DNA of 59,881 nt, from NCBI GenBank assembly GCA_964613495.1, contig CAZTHE010000007.1, positions 1 to 59,881 on the forward strand, in the 5' to 3' direction. The translations under genes were made by a program, and so were the position numbers. The notes under the pieces were generated by a model. That model was given only the letters and a program-made list of their open reading frames with translations, was not told where the DNA came from and searched no databases. The DNA comes from an uncultured Acidobacteriota bacterium. GTDB taxonomy: Bacteria; Acidobacteriota; UBA6911. Below, piece after piece: positions 37,394 through 47,272 of the stretch (position 1 is the stretch's first letter; every line of letters starts with the position of its first letter).

Positions 37394-38281
37394 ATGGGTC
37401 GTGGGCGGAACGAGGCCGGGGATTCGACCAGGGCCGCCTGGCGCCGGCACGAGCGCCGCTGGAAGGAAAACCGCTACGTGTATGCGGTGGTTTCGCGGAG
37501 AAGCCGCGGCGTATCCATCGGCCTGAATCTGAATCCGGACAGGCGGTGCAACTTCGATTGCGTCTATTGCCAGGTGGACCGCACCGAGCCGCCGCCGGTC
37601 CGAAGGGTGAGCCTCGAGGCGCTTTCCGAAGAGCTCGACCAAATCCTTCAGGCCGAGAGAGACGGGTCGTTGTACGAGGATCTCCCCTTCCGTGCGCTGG
37701 CCCGTGAGGAGCGCGGCATCCGGGATATCGCGTTTTCCGGCGACGGCGAACCCACTACCTTCCGGAGGCTGGAGGGCGCAGTCCGTGTGGCGGCCGCGGC
37801 GCGGCGGCGGTTCGGCTTGGATGCGGCGGCACTGGTGCTGATCACGAATGCCTCGTGTCTGGGCAGGCCTCCGGTGCGCGCCGCGCTCGCCGCGCTGCAC
37901 GACTGCGGCGGCCAGGTATGGGCGAAGCTGGACGCCGGGACCGAGGAGTACTTCCGCGCGATCAACCGGACGAGAATCCGGTTCGCACGGGTCCTGGACA
38001 ACATCCTGTCTGCGGCCCGGGCGCATCCGCTGGTGATTCAGTCGCTTTGGGCCGGGATCGGGGGGGGCGCGCCGGCCGATGCCGAGATCGAGGCGTACTG
38101 CGGCCGCCTGAGCGCGCTGATCGCCGGAGGCGCGCAAATCCGGGGAATCCAGATTTACACGGTCGCCCGCACCCCGGCGGAGGCTTGCGTCTCCCCGCTT
38201 CCCGACGCCGCGCTGGACCATATCCGGTCCCTGGTGGAATCGCGCGCCGGACCGCCCGTCTCCGTCTACTATTCCCCGTGA
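37394..38281 (+). CDS. radical SAM protein
   Basis: 295 aa with a canonical CNFDCVYC (CX3CX2C) and FSGDGEPT. GGGGGTGAG lies upstream of the ATG. Confidence 0.75.
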   Translation: MGRGRNEAGDSTRAAWRRHERRWKENRYVYAVVSRRSRGVSIGLNLNPDRRCNFDCVYCQVDRTEPPPVRRVSLEALSEELDQILQAERDGSLYEDLPFRALAREERGIRDIAFSGDGEPTTFRRLEGAVRVAAAARRRFGLDAAALVLITNASCLGRPPVRAALAALHDCGGQVWAKLDAGTEEYFRAINRTRIRFARVLDNILSAARAHPLVIQSLWAGIGGGAPADAEIEAYCGRLSALIAGGAQIRGIQIYTVARTPAEACVSPLPDAALDHIRSLVESRAGPPVSVYYSP

Positions 38282-38324
38282 TGCGCAGATCGATTCCGGT
38301 TTCCGGTTTGTTCCGCCCGAATCG

Positions 38325-39917
38325 CTACCACCAGTACTGCATCGGTTCGGTTTCCCAGTCGTGCAGCCGCCGGGCCGGCTTCGGGGCGTTCGCGGGCGCG
38401 GACTTGGTCGGGAAGCTCCGGCATGCCGCGTCATAGTCCTTCCACCAGCTGTCGAGAAGGCTGATGCTCGTCGCCCGGGGCTCGTCCCCTCCGCCCGCAA
38501 GCCTCAGGTAGTCGCGCAGCACCGGACGGAAGTGCGGGTGGGCGCAGTTGGAGATGATATCCTCGGCGCGGCGCCGCGCAGAACGGATTTCCGTATTCAG
38601 GGCGAACCCGTGTTCGGTGACCACGCAGTTGATGTCATGCTCCGTGTGGTCGATGTGGCGCACATATGGCATGACGCAGCTGACGATGCGGCCGTCCGAG
38701 AGGCGCCGGACCGACGGGGTGTGCACGATGCTCAGATAGGCATGCCGGAAGAAGTCTCCGCTGCCGCCCAGCCCGTTGACGACCCTCGACCCGTCCACGT
38801 GGGTCGAGTTGACGTGGCCGTAGATATCCACCTCGATCGGCGTATTCATGGCGATGACAAAAAGCCGCGTGATCATCTCGGCGTTGTTGGAAATCCACAT
38901 GGGCCGGAGCACCACCTTCTCCCGGCACCGCTTGAACAGCCGCATGAATTCGCTTCTGCCGGCCTCCGAGAACGACAGGGCCGTCGCCGATGCGCTCTCG
39001 AATTTGTCGTCGTTCTCCACGTAGCGCATCATGCCGTCCTGGAAGACTTCGGTCCAGAACCGGATTTTCTGAAAAGGCGACCGGTACAGCTCTCCGACGA
39101 TGGCATTGGCGACGTTGCCGACGCCCGATTGAATCGGCGGCAGGCGTTTTCCCCAGTTGAACGTCTTGTGGCAGTACATGAGGAAATCGATGACGTTTTC
39201 CGCGATCCTGCGGTCCGTTTCGGAGGTCGGTTTGAAGCTGACCGGGAAGTCGGGCTTGTTGGATTCGACGAGCGCCACGACCTTGCTCTTGTCGATTTCG
39301 ACGTACGGGCTGCCCACGCGGTCGGCCACGTTGACGATCGGAATCGGCCAGCCGACCTTCGGGTGCACGCTCGGGACCGCGATATCGTGGAACCCCGTGT
39401 AGTCGGGGATGGCCGTGTTGACCTCCAGGATGATCTTCTTGGCCTTGGTCAGCGCCTCCCCCGACGCCCCGACCGACGAAGAAAGAATGACGCTGCCGTC
39501 CGGCCGGATTCTCGACACCTCCACAACCGCCAGGTCGATGTCGCCGTAAAAGCCGTAAATGAGGTTGCGCGCGAACGCCGACAGGTGGATGTCGGCAAAA
39601 TCCATCTCCCCGGAGTTGATCAGTTTGCGGGAGGCGCTCGAGGACATGTAGGGTCCGCGCTTCCCCACGAACGAGGCGATGGGATTTTCCACGTCTTCCG
39701 ACAGCGAGGCCCCGCTGAACAGGGCAATCTTCGTCTCGGGGGCATACTGCGCCAGGTGGCGGGCCAGCGCCGGGATAAAAACCTTCGGTTCGCCCGACTT
39801 GGTGAATCCGCTGATGGCGATTTTGCATCTGTCCGAGACAAACTTGACGGCCTCTTCGACCGGCATCAGTTTATCCAGCAATTCCTTGCACTCCACACGT
39901 TCCGTTAACAATGACAT
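38325..39917 (-). CDS. acetyl-CoA hydrolase/transferase family protein (succinate/acetate CoA-transferase-like)
   Basis: 530 aa from MSLLTERV (GGGAGAG RBS). It has ISGFTKSGEPK ... and later GLGGSGDFFRHA, typical of the family. The ORF-track start at 40046 is too long. Confidence 0.75.
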   Translation of the reverse strand: MSLLTERVECKELLDKLMPVEEAVKFVSDRCKIAISGFTKSGEPKVFIPALARHLAQYAPETKIALFSGASLSEDVENPIASFVGKRGPYMSSSASRKLINSGEMDFADIHLSAFARNLIYGFYGDIDLAVVEVSRIRPDGSVILSSSVGASGEALTKAKKIILEVNTAIPDYTGFHDIAVPSVHPKVGWPIPIVNVADRVGSPYVEIDKSKVVALVESNKPDFPVSFKPTSETDRRIAENVIDFLMYCHKTFNWGKRLPPIQSGVGNVANAIVGELYRSPFQKIRFWTEVFQDGMMRYVENDDKFESASATALSFSEAGRSEFMRLFKRCREKVVLRPMWISNNAEMITRLFVIAMNTPIEVDIYGHVNSTHVDGSRVVNGLGGSGDFFRHAYLSIVHTPSVRRLSDGRIVSCVMPYVRHIDHTEHDINCVVTEHGFALNTEIRSARRRAEDIISNCAHPHFRPVLRDYLRLAGGGDEPRATSISLLDSWWKDYDAACRSFPTKSAPANAPKPARRLHDWETEPMQYWW

Positions 39918-40195
39918 TTGTTCTCTCCCACATGAATCTCGATGCAGCAAGGACCGCCGATTCGCGCGTAGAAATAGTTGAGGGCTCACAGGGCGGGCAG
40001 ACATCCTCTTTGCGGACGCTGCCGTCCTCTTCACGAATAACCACACATCTTACACTATTTTTATGCCGCTTCAAAAAGCAAGAATGGGGCGAAATGGGAT
40101 GGGATGAGAGGGCGGGAACCCGGAGGGCCGGCGCGGGCCGCAACTGCCGCCGCCCCTCCGCGATTCCCGAACCCACCCCTGGCCCTAACCCGCGT

Positions 40196-41167
40196 TCAGA
40201 TCAGGGCTTCGAGCGCCTCCGCGACGATCCCCCGGACCAGGGCCGGCTTGTAGGCGTTGCCCCGGAGCGCCGTGGCTCCTGCGACTGCAGCCTCCGCCGC
40301 GCTCGCGGCCGCCGCGCCGTCGAGCCTCCCGCCAAGCAGGAGTTTCTCGGCCGCCCCGGCCCGCCACGGATACGGCCCCACCCCGCCCAGAACCAGCCGG
40401 GCGGCGCGGATTCCCTCATCTCCGGCCTCGAGCGCCAGTGCGGCGCTGACCAATGCGAAATCCCAGGAACCGCGAGCCGCCGCTTTTTTGAACAGACTCC
40501 TGGTGGCTCCGCCGGACGCCGGCACGGTGACCTCCGTAACGATTTCGCCCCGGGTGAGCACGGTTTCCCTGGTGACGGCCTGCTTCGGGCCGACGAAGAA
40601 ATTATCGATCGGGACGATCCTTTTGCCGGCGGGACCCGCGATCGAAACCCGGGCCCGCAGGGCGGTCAGCGCCACGGCCAGGTCCGAAGGATGCACGAAA
40701 AAGCAGGGGCCGCCGCCGAAGATAGCGTGGTACTGGTTCTCTCCCGTCGCGGCGTAACAGCTGCCGCCTCCCTTCTTCAGACAGCGGAAATCCCCGCGGA
40801 AGTACCAGCATCGCGGCCGCTGACACAAATTCCCCCCGAGCGTCCCCTGCTCGCGGATCTGTGGGGTGCCGACGGCCGCCGCGGCCTGCGCCAGCGCCGC
40901 ATATTTCGCCGCAACTTCGGGATCCGCGGCGATGACCGCCAGGGGCGTGAGCGCGCCGATCCTCAGGCCGCCGTCGGGCTGCGCCGCGATGCCCTTCAGC
41001 TGGTTCAGGTTGCTGATGCTGACGACCTTCTCGACCGGGAGTATCTCGTTGCGCGCGCAGCCGAGCAGGTCGGTGCCGCCGGCGTGCAGCCAGGCGCCCG
41101 GAGTGCCCAGCGCCTGGATCGCCTCGGCGAGCGAGCCCGCTTTCACGTATGCGAAGTTCTTCATCAT
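40196..41167 (-). CDS. molybdenum hydroxylase (xanthine dehydrogenase family) FAD-binding medium subunit
   Basis: 323 aa with FAYVKAGSLAEAIQAL ... HAGGTDLL ... GTLGGNLCQRPRCWYFR (CoxM/PaoB-like). Confidence 0.85.
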   Translation of the reverse strand: MMKNFAYVKAGSLAEAIQALGTPGAWLHAGGTDLLGCARNEILPVEKVVSISNLNQLKGIAAQPDGGLRIGALTPLAVIAADPEVAAKYAALAQAAAAVGTPQIREQGTLGGNLCQRPRCWYFRGDFRCLKKGGGSCYAATGENQYHAIFGGGPCFFVHPSDLAVALTALRARVSIAGPAGKRIVPIDNFFVGPKQAVTRETVLTRGEIVTEVTVPASGGATRSLFKKAAARGSWDFALVSAALALEAGDEGIRAARLVLGGVGPYPWRAGAAEKLLLGGRLDGAAAASAAEAAVAGATALRGNAYKPALVRGIVAEALEALI

Positions 41168-41170
41168 GGC

Positions 41171-43489
41171 TCATCCCCTTTCCTTCTTGCCGAGCAGTTC
41201 GAGGATCGTCTTCCGGTCCACGGGGCCGTCGACGGGCCGTACGCCCACGGCATTGTAGATGGCGTTGGCGATCGCGGCGGCCGCGGGCACGTGGCACGGT
41301 TCGCCCAGCCCTTTGGAGCCGACGTTGTTGCACTCGTTGTCCCGGAGGTCTATGGGAACGACATCGAGAGACACCGGAACGTCGAGAGCTCCGGGAACCT
41401 TGTAGTCGTGCAGGTTCGGGTTGCACATCTTCCCGGTCCTGCGGTCCATCACGCGCTTTTCCGTCAGGCCGTATCCGAGTCCCTGAATCACGCCGCCGTA
41501 GACCTGGTTTTCGTAGGTCTTGAGGTTGACCGGGCGCCCGCTGTCGTCGGCGGCCACCAGCCGAACGACCCGGACCGACCCCGTCCTGGTGTTGACCTCG
41601 ACCTCCGCGAACTGGGCGCTGAACGGCATCACGACCTTGTTGGCGGGATTGGGTTCCCGGTTGCCGATGGCGATCACATCCATGACGCCCTTGGATCGGA
41701 ACAGCTGTTCGAGCGTCCGTTTTTTGTCCGGATTGAGTTTGCTCGCGACGGACTCCTTCCGGATCTCCACGTCATCCGCGGGGACTCCCAGGGCTTCGGC
41801 CGCCCAATCCAGGATCCGGCGTTTTACGAGCCACGCCCCCCGGCGCACCGCCGGGACCAGGCTTGCCAGCGTCATGCTGCCGCCGCTGCTGGATGCATAG
41901 GGCGTCGTCGCCGTGTCCGCGTTGATGATGCGGATGCTCTCCAGCGGAAGCCCGAGCTCCTCGGCTGCCGCCATGCAGGCCGCGGACTTGGTTCCCGTGC
42001 CGAGGTCCATGGCGCCCGTCTTCACCGTCACGCCGCCGTCCGCGAACATTCGCACTTCGGCGGTGTAGGGCGGCCCGCCGGATCCCATCATCCACAAGCC
42101 GGCGGCCATCCCGACGCCGCGCCGGACCGGACCGCCCGCGGTTTTGGCTTTCCGGGCCTCCTGCCAGCCGAACTTCCGGGCGCCTTCAACCAGGCAGTTT
42201 TTCAATCCCGCGCTCGAGTAGGGCATTTTTCGCGACTGGCTGACATCCGTGAAGTTCCTGACGCGGAATTCGACGGGATCCATGCCGATCTTCTCGGCAA
42301 GCATATCCATCATCTGTTCCAGCGCCCAGGCGCCGGTGGGAAATCCCGGCGCCCGGAAGGCGCGGGCGCGCCCGACGTTGGTGTACACGCCGCTTTCGGT
42401 GACCATCACGTTCGGGCATTTGTAGAGCTCCTGGAAGAGAAATCCGACGGAGGCTCCCGCCGAATAGGCTCCGGGCGAGTAGACGTTGCTCAGCTGCAGC
42501 GCGGTCAGCGTGCCGTCCTTTTTCGCGCCGGCCTTGACCGTCATGCGGGCATTGGGGCGGTTGCCTACGGCCAGCATGCTGTCTTCGCGCGACAGCATCA
42601 GCTTCACGCCGCGCCCGCACCGGCGGGCCAGCAGCGCCGCGATGACGGTGTATTTCCCGAGCTCCAGCTTGGCTCCGAAGGCGCCCCCCACATACCGGCA
42701 GATCGCGCGGACGTTGTTGTACGGCATCTTCATGGTTCGTGCGAACGGGAGCATGCAGGCGTCGTAGACTCCCTGGGTCGAATCCCAGATCGTGATCCTG
42801 TCGCCGTCCCACTTGACGACGGATCCGTGCGTTTCCAGCGCCGCGTGCATCTGAACGCTGGTCGTGAAGGTCTGCTCCAGCACGACGTCTGCTTCGGCAA
42901 ACCCCTTTTCCACGTCTCCGCGCTGGTTCGGCACCGGCTGGCCCGTGGAGTTGCCCGCCTCGAACAGCTTCGGGGCGTCCGGCCTGGCCGCATCGTCCTG
43001 GTCGATCACGAACGGGAGCGCCTCGTATTCGACCTTGATGGCCTTCAGGGCATCGTAGGCCTGGTACGGCGTCCGGGCGGCGACTGCGGCAACTTCCTCC
43101 CCCTCGTACCGGCAATGCGGGTCGAACAGCGTACTCTGCATCGGGCCGCCGCCATACCCTCCCCCATACCACGGGATATCCGCCCCTTCGGACTTTCCGG
43201 TAAGGACGGCCACCACGCCGGGCATCTTTTCCGCCGCGGCGGTGTCGACGTTCTTCACGATGGCGTGGGCGTGCGGGCAGCGGAGGATCGCTCCGTAGAC
43301 CATGTCCGGAAGCAGGACGTCCTGGGTGAATTCCGCCTTTCCCGAAACCCGTTCGTAGGCGTCCACGCGCGGGATGCGTTTCCCGACGATCCGGGTATCC
43401 GCCCATGGCGGCATCTTTTCATCGGCCTGCGCGGGTGGTTCGAAGCCGTGGCGGAACGCCTCTTCCATTTTGTCGTAGAATTCGGTCAC
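41171..43489 (-). CDS. molybdenum hydroxylase molybdopterin-binding large subunit
   Basis: About 772 aa. The GTG start overlaps the small-subunit stop (GTGA), with GGGAGG 8 nt upstream; an alternative ATG is at 43468. It has RVDAYERVSGKAEFTQDV, GGAFGAKLE and SKGLGEP. Confidence 0.85.
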   Translation of the reverse strand: MTEFYDKMEEAFRHGFEPPAQADEKMPPWADTRIVGKRIPRVDAYERVSGKAEFTQDVLLPDMVYGAILRCPHAHAIVKNVDTAAAEKMPGVVAVLTGKSEGADIPWYGGGYGGGPMQSTLFDPHCRYEGEEVAAVAARTPYQAYDALKAIKVEYEALPFVIDQDDAARPDAPKLFEAGNSTGQPVPNQRGDVEKGFAEADVVLEQTFTTSVQMHAALETHGSVVKWDGDRITIWDSTQGVYDACMLPFARTMKMPYNNVRAICRYVGGAFGAKLELGKYTVIAALLARRCGRGVKLMLSREDSMLAVGNRPNARMTVKAGAKKDGTLTALQLSNVYSPGAYSAGASVGFLFQELYKCPNVMVTESGVYTNVGRARAFRAPGFPTGAWALEQMMDMLAEKIGMDPVEFRVRNFTDVSQSRKMPYSSAGLKNCLVEGARKFGWQEARKAKTAGGPVRRGVGMAAGLWMMGSGGPPYTAEVRMFADGGVTVKTGAMDLGTGTKSAACMAAAEELGLPLESIRIINADTATTPYASSSGGSMTLASLVPAVRRGAWLVKRRILDWAAEALGVPADDVEIRKESVASKLNPDKKRTLEQLFRSKGVMDVIAIGNREPNPANKVVMPFSAQFAEVEVNTRTGSVRVVRLVAADDSGRPVNLKTYENQVYGGVIQGLGYGLTEKRVMDRRTGKMCNPNLHDYKVPGALDVPVSLDVVPIDLRDNECNNVGSKGLGEPCHVPAAAAIANAIYNAVGVRPVDGPVDRKTILELLGKKERG

Positions 43490-44121
43490 AGGGCGCCTCC
43501 CTTCTGCTTCCGAACTTCGGCCGCTCTGGCCGCGGCATTGAAGATGTTCTTGTAGGCCCCGCAACGGCAGAGGTTCCCGCTGACGCCGGTGCGTATCTGG
43601 CCGGGCGTAGGACTGGGATTGCCGCGCAGCAGCCCTTCGACCGCCATGATGTGGCCCGGGGTGCAGAAACCGCACTGGAACGCGTCCTCTTCGGCGAAGG
43701 CCTGCTGTACGGGCCCGAGCCTGTCGCCTTCCAGCAGTCCCTCGATCGTCGTGACGGCGTGTCCCTCGGCTTCGACCGCCAGAGTCATGCAGGAATATCT
43801 CGGCTTGGCGTCGATCAGGACCGTGCAGGCGCCGCATTCGCCGCGCTCGCACCCGGTTTTGGTTCCGGTGAGGTGGAGCACCTCACGCAGCACGTAGGCG
43901 AGTGTCCACCGGGGCTCGACCAGCACCTTCCTCGTCGAGCCGTTGACGGACAGGCTGATGGTGAGAGGCTTCCCCCCCGCCTCGATCTCCTGGGCCGGGG
44001 CATCCGGGGCGCCCTTTAGGGAAACGGCCACTACGGCTCCGGCGCTGACGGAGCTCAGAAAGCCCCTTCGGCTGAGGCCTTCCTTGGAATCTGCGGCATT
44101 CTTGTCGGGATGGTCTGGCAT
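43486..44121 (-). CDS. molybdenum hydroxylase (2Fe-2S)-binding small subunit with Tat signal
   Basis: The start at MPDHPDKN follows GGAGGA by 7 nt. The Tat motif is SRRGFLSSVSAGAVVAV. The cluster motifs are CERGECGACTV and QCGFCTPG ... CRCGAY. Confidence 0.85.
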   Translation of the reverse strand: MPDHPDKNAADSKEGLSRRGFLSSVSAGAVVAVSLKGAPDAPAQEIEAGGKPLTISLSVNGSTRKVLVEPRWTLAYVLREVLHLTGTKTGCERGECGACTVLIDAKPRYSCMTLAVEAEGHAVTTIEGLLEGDRLGPVQQAFAEEDAFQCGFCTPGHIMAVEGLLRGNPSPTPGQIRTGVSGNLCRCGAYKNIFNAAARAAEVRKQKGGAL

Positions 44122-44372
44122 ATGCAATCCTCCGTGAGGGTCCGGGACCCGCCGTTCTCCGTTCAAGCACTCCCCTTCAGGAACCGGGAAATACCCCGAG
44201 CGGCGGGCTCTTTTCTATGCCTACGTCGGAATCCGGCGCACGTTTCGCCCGCAAGTGCGGTCCGGGGAGCCGGGGGACGGGAGGCGGCGAGCCCTTGAAC
44301 AGCGAGCCTGTATGCAGATAAGATAGCAGCCTGTGTGCGGTAAATTCCATTGCTTGGAGCGGGAGTGATTCG

Positions 44373-45452
44373 ATGACGCGTGTCCATAACTTCAACGCAG
44401 GCCCTGCCGCGATGCCGCTGGCAGTTCTGGAAAAAGCCCAGTCGGAACTTCTCGACCTGGGCGGGTTCGGCATGTCCGTGATGGAGATGTCCCACAGATC
44501 GAAGGAGTTTCAGAACGTTATCGACGCGGCGGAGGCGGGACTCCGGCGCTTGATGGGAGTGGGCGACGATTTTACCGTCCTCTTTCTGCAGGGGGGGGCG
44601 AGCCTGCAGTTCGCCATGATACCGTTGAATCTGAGGCGGCCGGGGAAGAGCGCGGACTATGTCGATACCGGCAGCTGGGCGTCCAAGGCGATCAAGGAGG
44701 CGAAGATCACGGGCGCCACGAATACCGCCTGGAGCGGCAAGGCGGAAAACTATTCGCGCGTGCCCAAAAGGAGCGAACTGAAACTCCTGCCCGATGCCGA
44801 ATACCTGCATATCTGCACTAACGAAACCATCGGCGGGATCCGTTGGGAGGAGTTCCCGGAAGTGCCGGTGCCGCTCGTGGCGGACATGTCCAGCGAGATC
44901 CTGTCGCGGCCCGTGGATGTGAACAGGTTCGGGCTCATCTATGCGGGCGCGCAGAAAAACCTGGGTCCGTCGGGCCTCGCTATCGTGATTGTCCGCAAGG
45001 ACCTGGTCGAACGGGTGCCCGAAACGGTGCCGATCTTCCTGAGGTACGCGACCCACGTCGCCGACGGCAGCATGTACAACACGCCCAACACCTGGGGCAT
45101 CTACATGATCAAGCTGACATGCGAATGGGTGGCGTCTCAGGGCGGCGTGCCGGCCATCCAGAAGGCCAACGAGGCGAAGGCGGCCAGGCTCTACGACGTG
45201 ATCGATTCGAGCGGTTTCTGGATTTCGCCGGTGGAAAGGGAAAGCCGTTCCATCATGAATATCGTCTGGCGCCTGCAGGACGAATCTCTCGAGGAGCAGT
45301 TCCTCTCGCAGGCAAAGAACTCCGGCTTCGTCGGCTTGAAGGGACACCGTTCCGTGGGAGGCATCCGCGCCAGCGTTTACAATGCCGTCCCGATGGAGTC
45401 GGTCGAAGCGCTGGCTTCGTTCATGAAGGAATTCGAAAGGAAACAGGGCTAG
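44373..45452 (+). CDS. serC: 3-phosphoserine/phosphohydroxythreonine aminotransferase
   Basis: 359 aa with HNFNAGPAAMPLAVLEKAQSELLD ... SVMEMSHRSKEF ... YAGAQKNLGPSG. Confidence 0.9.
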   Translation: MTRVHNFNAGPAAMPLAVLEKAQSELLDLGGFGMSVMEMSHRSKEFQNVIDAAEAGLRRLMGVGDDFTVLFLQGGASLQFAMIPLNLRRPGKSADYVDTGSWASKAIKEAKITGATNTAWSGKAENYSRVPKRSELKLLPDAEYLHICTNETIGGIRWEEFPEVPVPLVADMSSEILSRPVDVNRFGLIYAGAQKNLGPSGLAIVIVRKDLVERVPETVPIFLRYATHVADGSMYNTPNTWGIYMIKLTCEWVASQGGVPAIQKANEAKAARLYDVIDSSGFWISPVERESRSIMNIVWRLQDESLEEQFLSQAKNSGFVGLKGHRSVGGIRASVYNAVPMESVEALASFMKEFERKQG

Positions 45453-45696
45453 CTTCGGGATGTTCGCGGTTCAGGGACGCCTCCGGGCCCGGAAGCCGGG
45501 GAAATCCTAAGCCTTTAATACGCATAATTCGTTTTTTATCAGTTACTTGCTTCAAAAAGGCAAATTTTACAATTTTTTTCTGGCGATAGACCTGCGGAAT
45601 GATAGACTTACGCAATTAAATTGCACATTCTGCCATAAGTCGGCGGCACGACGGTTACGCCTCCCTCGGGCGGGAGGGCAACAGTTGAGGGCTACG

Positions 45697-46545
45697 ATGA
45701 AGAAAATGCGGAATCTTCTCAGGAAGGCATTCACGTCTGTAACGATCCTGGTAGTCCCGCACGATGGGCTGAAGGCGCTGAACCTGAAGGTTCCCATGGC
45801 CGGGCTGGCCCTCATGATACTGCTTGCCATCATCGGGGGAGGGTACACTCTCGGCCTGGCCGTGAACGGGCTCGCACTTCGCGCGCAGCACAACGAAATG
45901 GCCGAAAAGGTTAAATTCTATTCCGGCCAGTTCAACCAGTGGAACTCAACCATGGCGGGCTTGAAGGTGGTCGAGACCCAGTTCCGGAGGCTCTTCTCGC
46001 TCGGCTCCAAGGAAGAGGTTCTGGAAAGCGTGGATACCACGTCCATCGGGTCCCTGGGCGTTCCGACCCGCATCCCGGAATTAAGGAAGGCGATCGAGAC
46101 GGTCGACGAGATCCGGGAGTATCTGCGGGAACAGAAAGACATCTATGTCGCCACCCCGAGAGGCTACCCTGTCGCGGGAGATATCTCCTCGCGTTACGGC
46201 AAACGCAGGGATCCCTTCACCGGAGAAACCGTGATGCATACGGGCGTGGATATCTCGTGCAACGCCAAGGCCCCCGTTATCGCCACCGCCGACGGAGTCG
46301 TGGGGCATGCGGGATGGACCGAAAACAGCGGGTACCTGGTGATTCTGGAGCACGGATGCGGTTATACGACCGTGTATGCCCATAATAACTCGAACTCGGT
46401 CAAAATAGGCCAGAAGGTGAAAAGGGGCGATCCGATCGGTTATGTCGGCTCGACAGGAAGAGCCACCGGACCTCATGTACACTACGAGGTCTGGAAAGAC
46501 GGGAAGACCGTCGACGCCGAGAGATTTCTCCATGGGAGATCCTGA
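45697..46545 (+). CDS. M23 family metallopeptidase (membrane-anchored)
   Basis: The start is at MKKMRNLL. It has a TM helix and HTGVDIS ... GSTGRATGPHVHYEV (HxxxD / HxH). The ORF-track start at 45547 lies in an AT-rich non-coding stretch. Confidence 0.85.
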   Translation: MKKMRNLLRKAFTSVTILVVPHDGLKALNLKVPMAGLALMILLAIIGGGYTLGLAVNGLALRAQHNEMAEKVKFYSGQFNQWNSTMAGLKVVETQFRRLFSLGSKEEVLESVDTTSIGSLGVPTRIPELRKAIETVDEIREYLREQKDIYVATPRGYPVAGDISSRYGKRRDPFTGETVMHTGVDISCNAKAPVIATADGVVGHAGWTENSGYLVILEHGCGYTTVYAHNNSNSVKIGQKVKRGDPIGYVGSTGRATGPHVHYEVWKDGKTVDAERFLHGRS

Positions 46546-46934
46546 TGTTCTCCAAGGACGGAGACAAGCTGAAGTCTTTCCTGGGTACGCAGGCGGATCT
46601 CCAGGGGACCCTGAAGATCCGTGGGGTCCTGCGGCTGGACGGCGCGGCCTCGGGCCGGATAGAGGCCGACCAGGTGATACTGAGCGAGACCGCCACGATG
46701 CGCGGCGAGATCCTCGCCAGAAGGATCATCGTGAGCGGCTACGTGGAAGGGATTTTAAGGGCCACCGAACTCCTGGAGATCACCAAAAAGGGCAGGGTGG
46801 AGGGCGACGTTTTCACGAACAGGCTGCTCATCATCGAGGGCGGGCAATTCAACGGCCGAATTCAGATGATGCCGGACAAGCAGAATGTCCTGGATTTTGA
46901 ATCCAGAAGCCAGGAACTGTCCCTGAAGCGCTGA
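46545..46934 (+). CDS. bactofilin family cytoskeletal protein
   Basis: 129 aa with repetitive beta-helix pattern (GTLKIRGVLRLDGAASGRIEADQVILSETATMRGEILARRIIVSGYVEGIL...). Its ATG overlaps the M23 stop by 1 nt. Confidence 0.8.
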   Translation: MFSKDGDKLKSFLGTQADLQGTLKIRGVLRLDGAASGRIEADQVILSETATMRGEILARRIIVSGYVEGILRATELLEITKKGRVEGDVFTNRLLIIEGGQFNGRIQMMPDKQNVLDFESRSQELSLKR

Positions 46935-47134
46935 AGGGTTTCTGCCCTTCGCGGCAAGCACGAAGCGCTGAACATCGGGCGCAAATCCGATCGGCTCCCG
47001 GTTCGGCCGCTGTCCCGCAAGGTCTCGCTCAAGCTATGAGGGATCGGTGCCCCGAACCCGAATTCTCTCCCGCAAACTGCCTGCATGTTTGTCCTCCACC
47101 CGTGTTTCACGGCGATGCGAAGTGAGGAATAGCC

Positions 47135-47260
47135 ATGACTGCCAGACCCTGTCTATGTCTGCTGGCGCTCTCGTTCACAACCGGAATTTATGCGGACAGG
47201 CCGGAATGGGATGACGTGCCGATATTCCGGGTGCACGTCGAGCGCCGCATGCTCCCATGA
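47135..47260 (+). pseudogene. 41-codon ORF resembling only the N-terminus of a secreted GH2 glycosidase (possible gene remnant)
   Basis: GAGGAA RBS, then MTARPCLCLLALSFTTGIYADRPEWDDVPIFRVHVERRMLP*. A signal peptide followed by RPEW(D/E)(D/N)..F.(V/I)..E is the usual start of GH2 beta-galactosidases. The ORF stops 12 nt before the 3' end of the convergent MFS gene. Confidence 0.35.
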
Positions 47261-47272
47261 TAGTCTATGAAC

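Noticed and set aside
39911-43555. 1214-aa ORF on the plus strand
   Set aside because: It is antisense to the CoA-transferase start region and to the molybdenum hydroxylase medium and large subunit genes, which have clear family motifs. Its composition is Arg/Gly/Ala/Pro-rich with no recognisable domain. This is a typical shadow ORF of GC-rich DNA.
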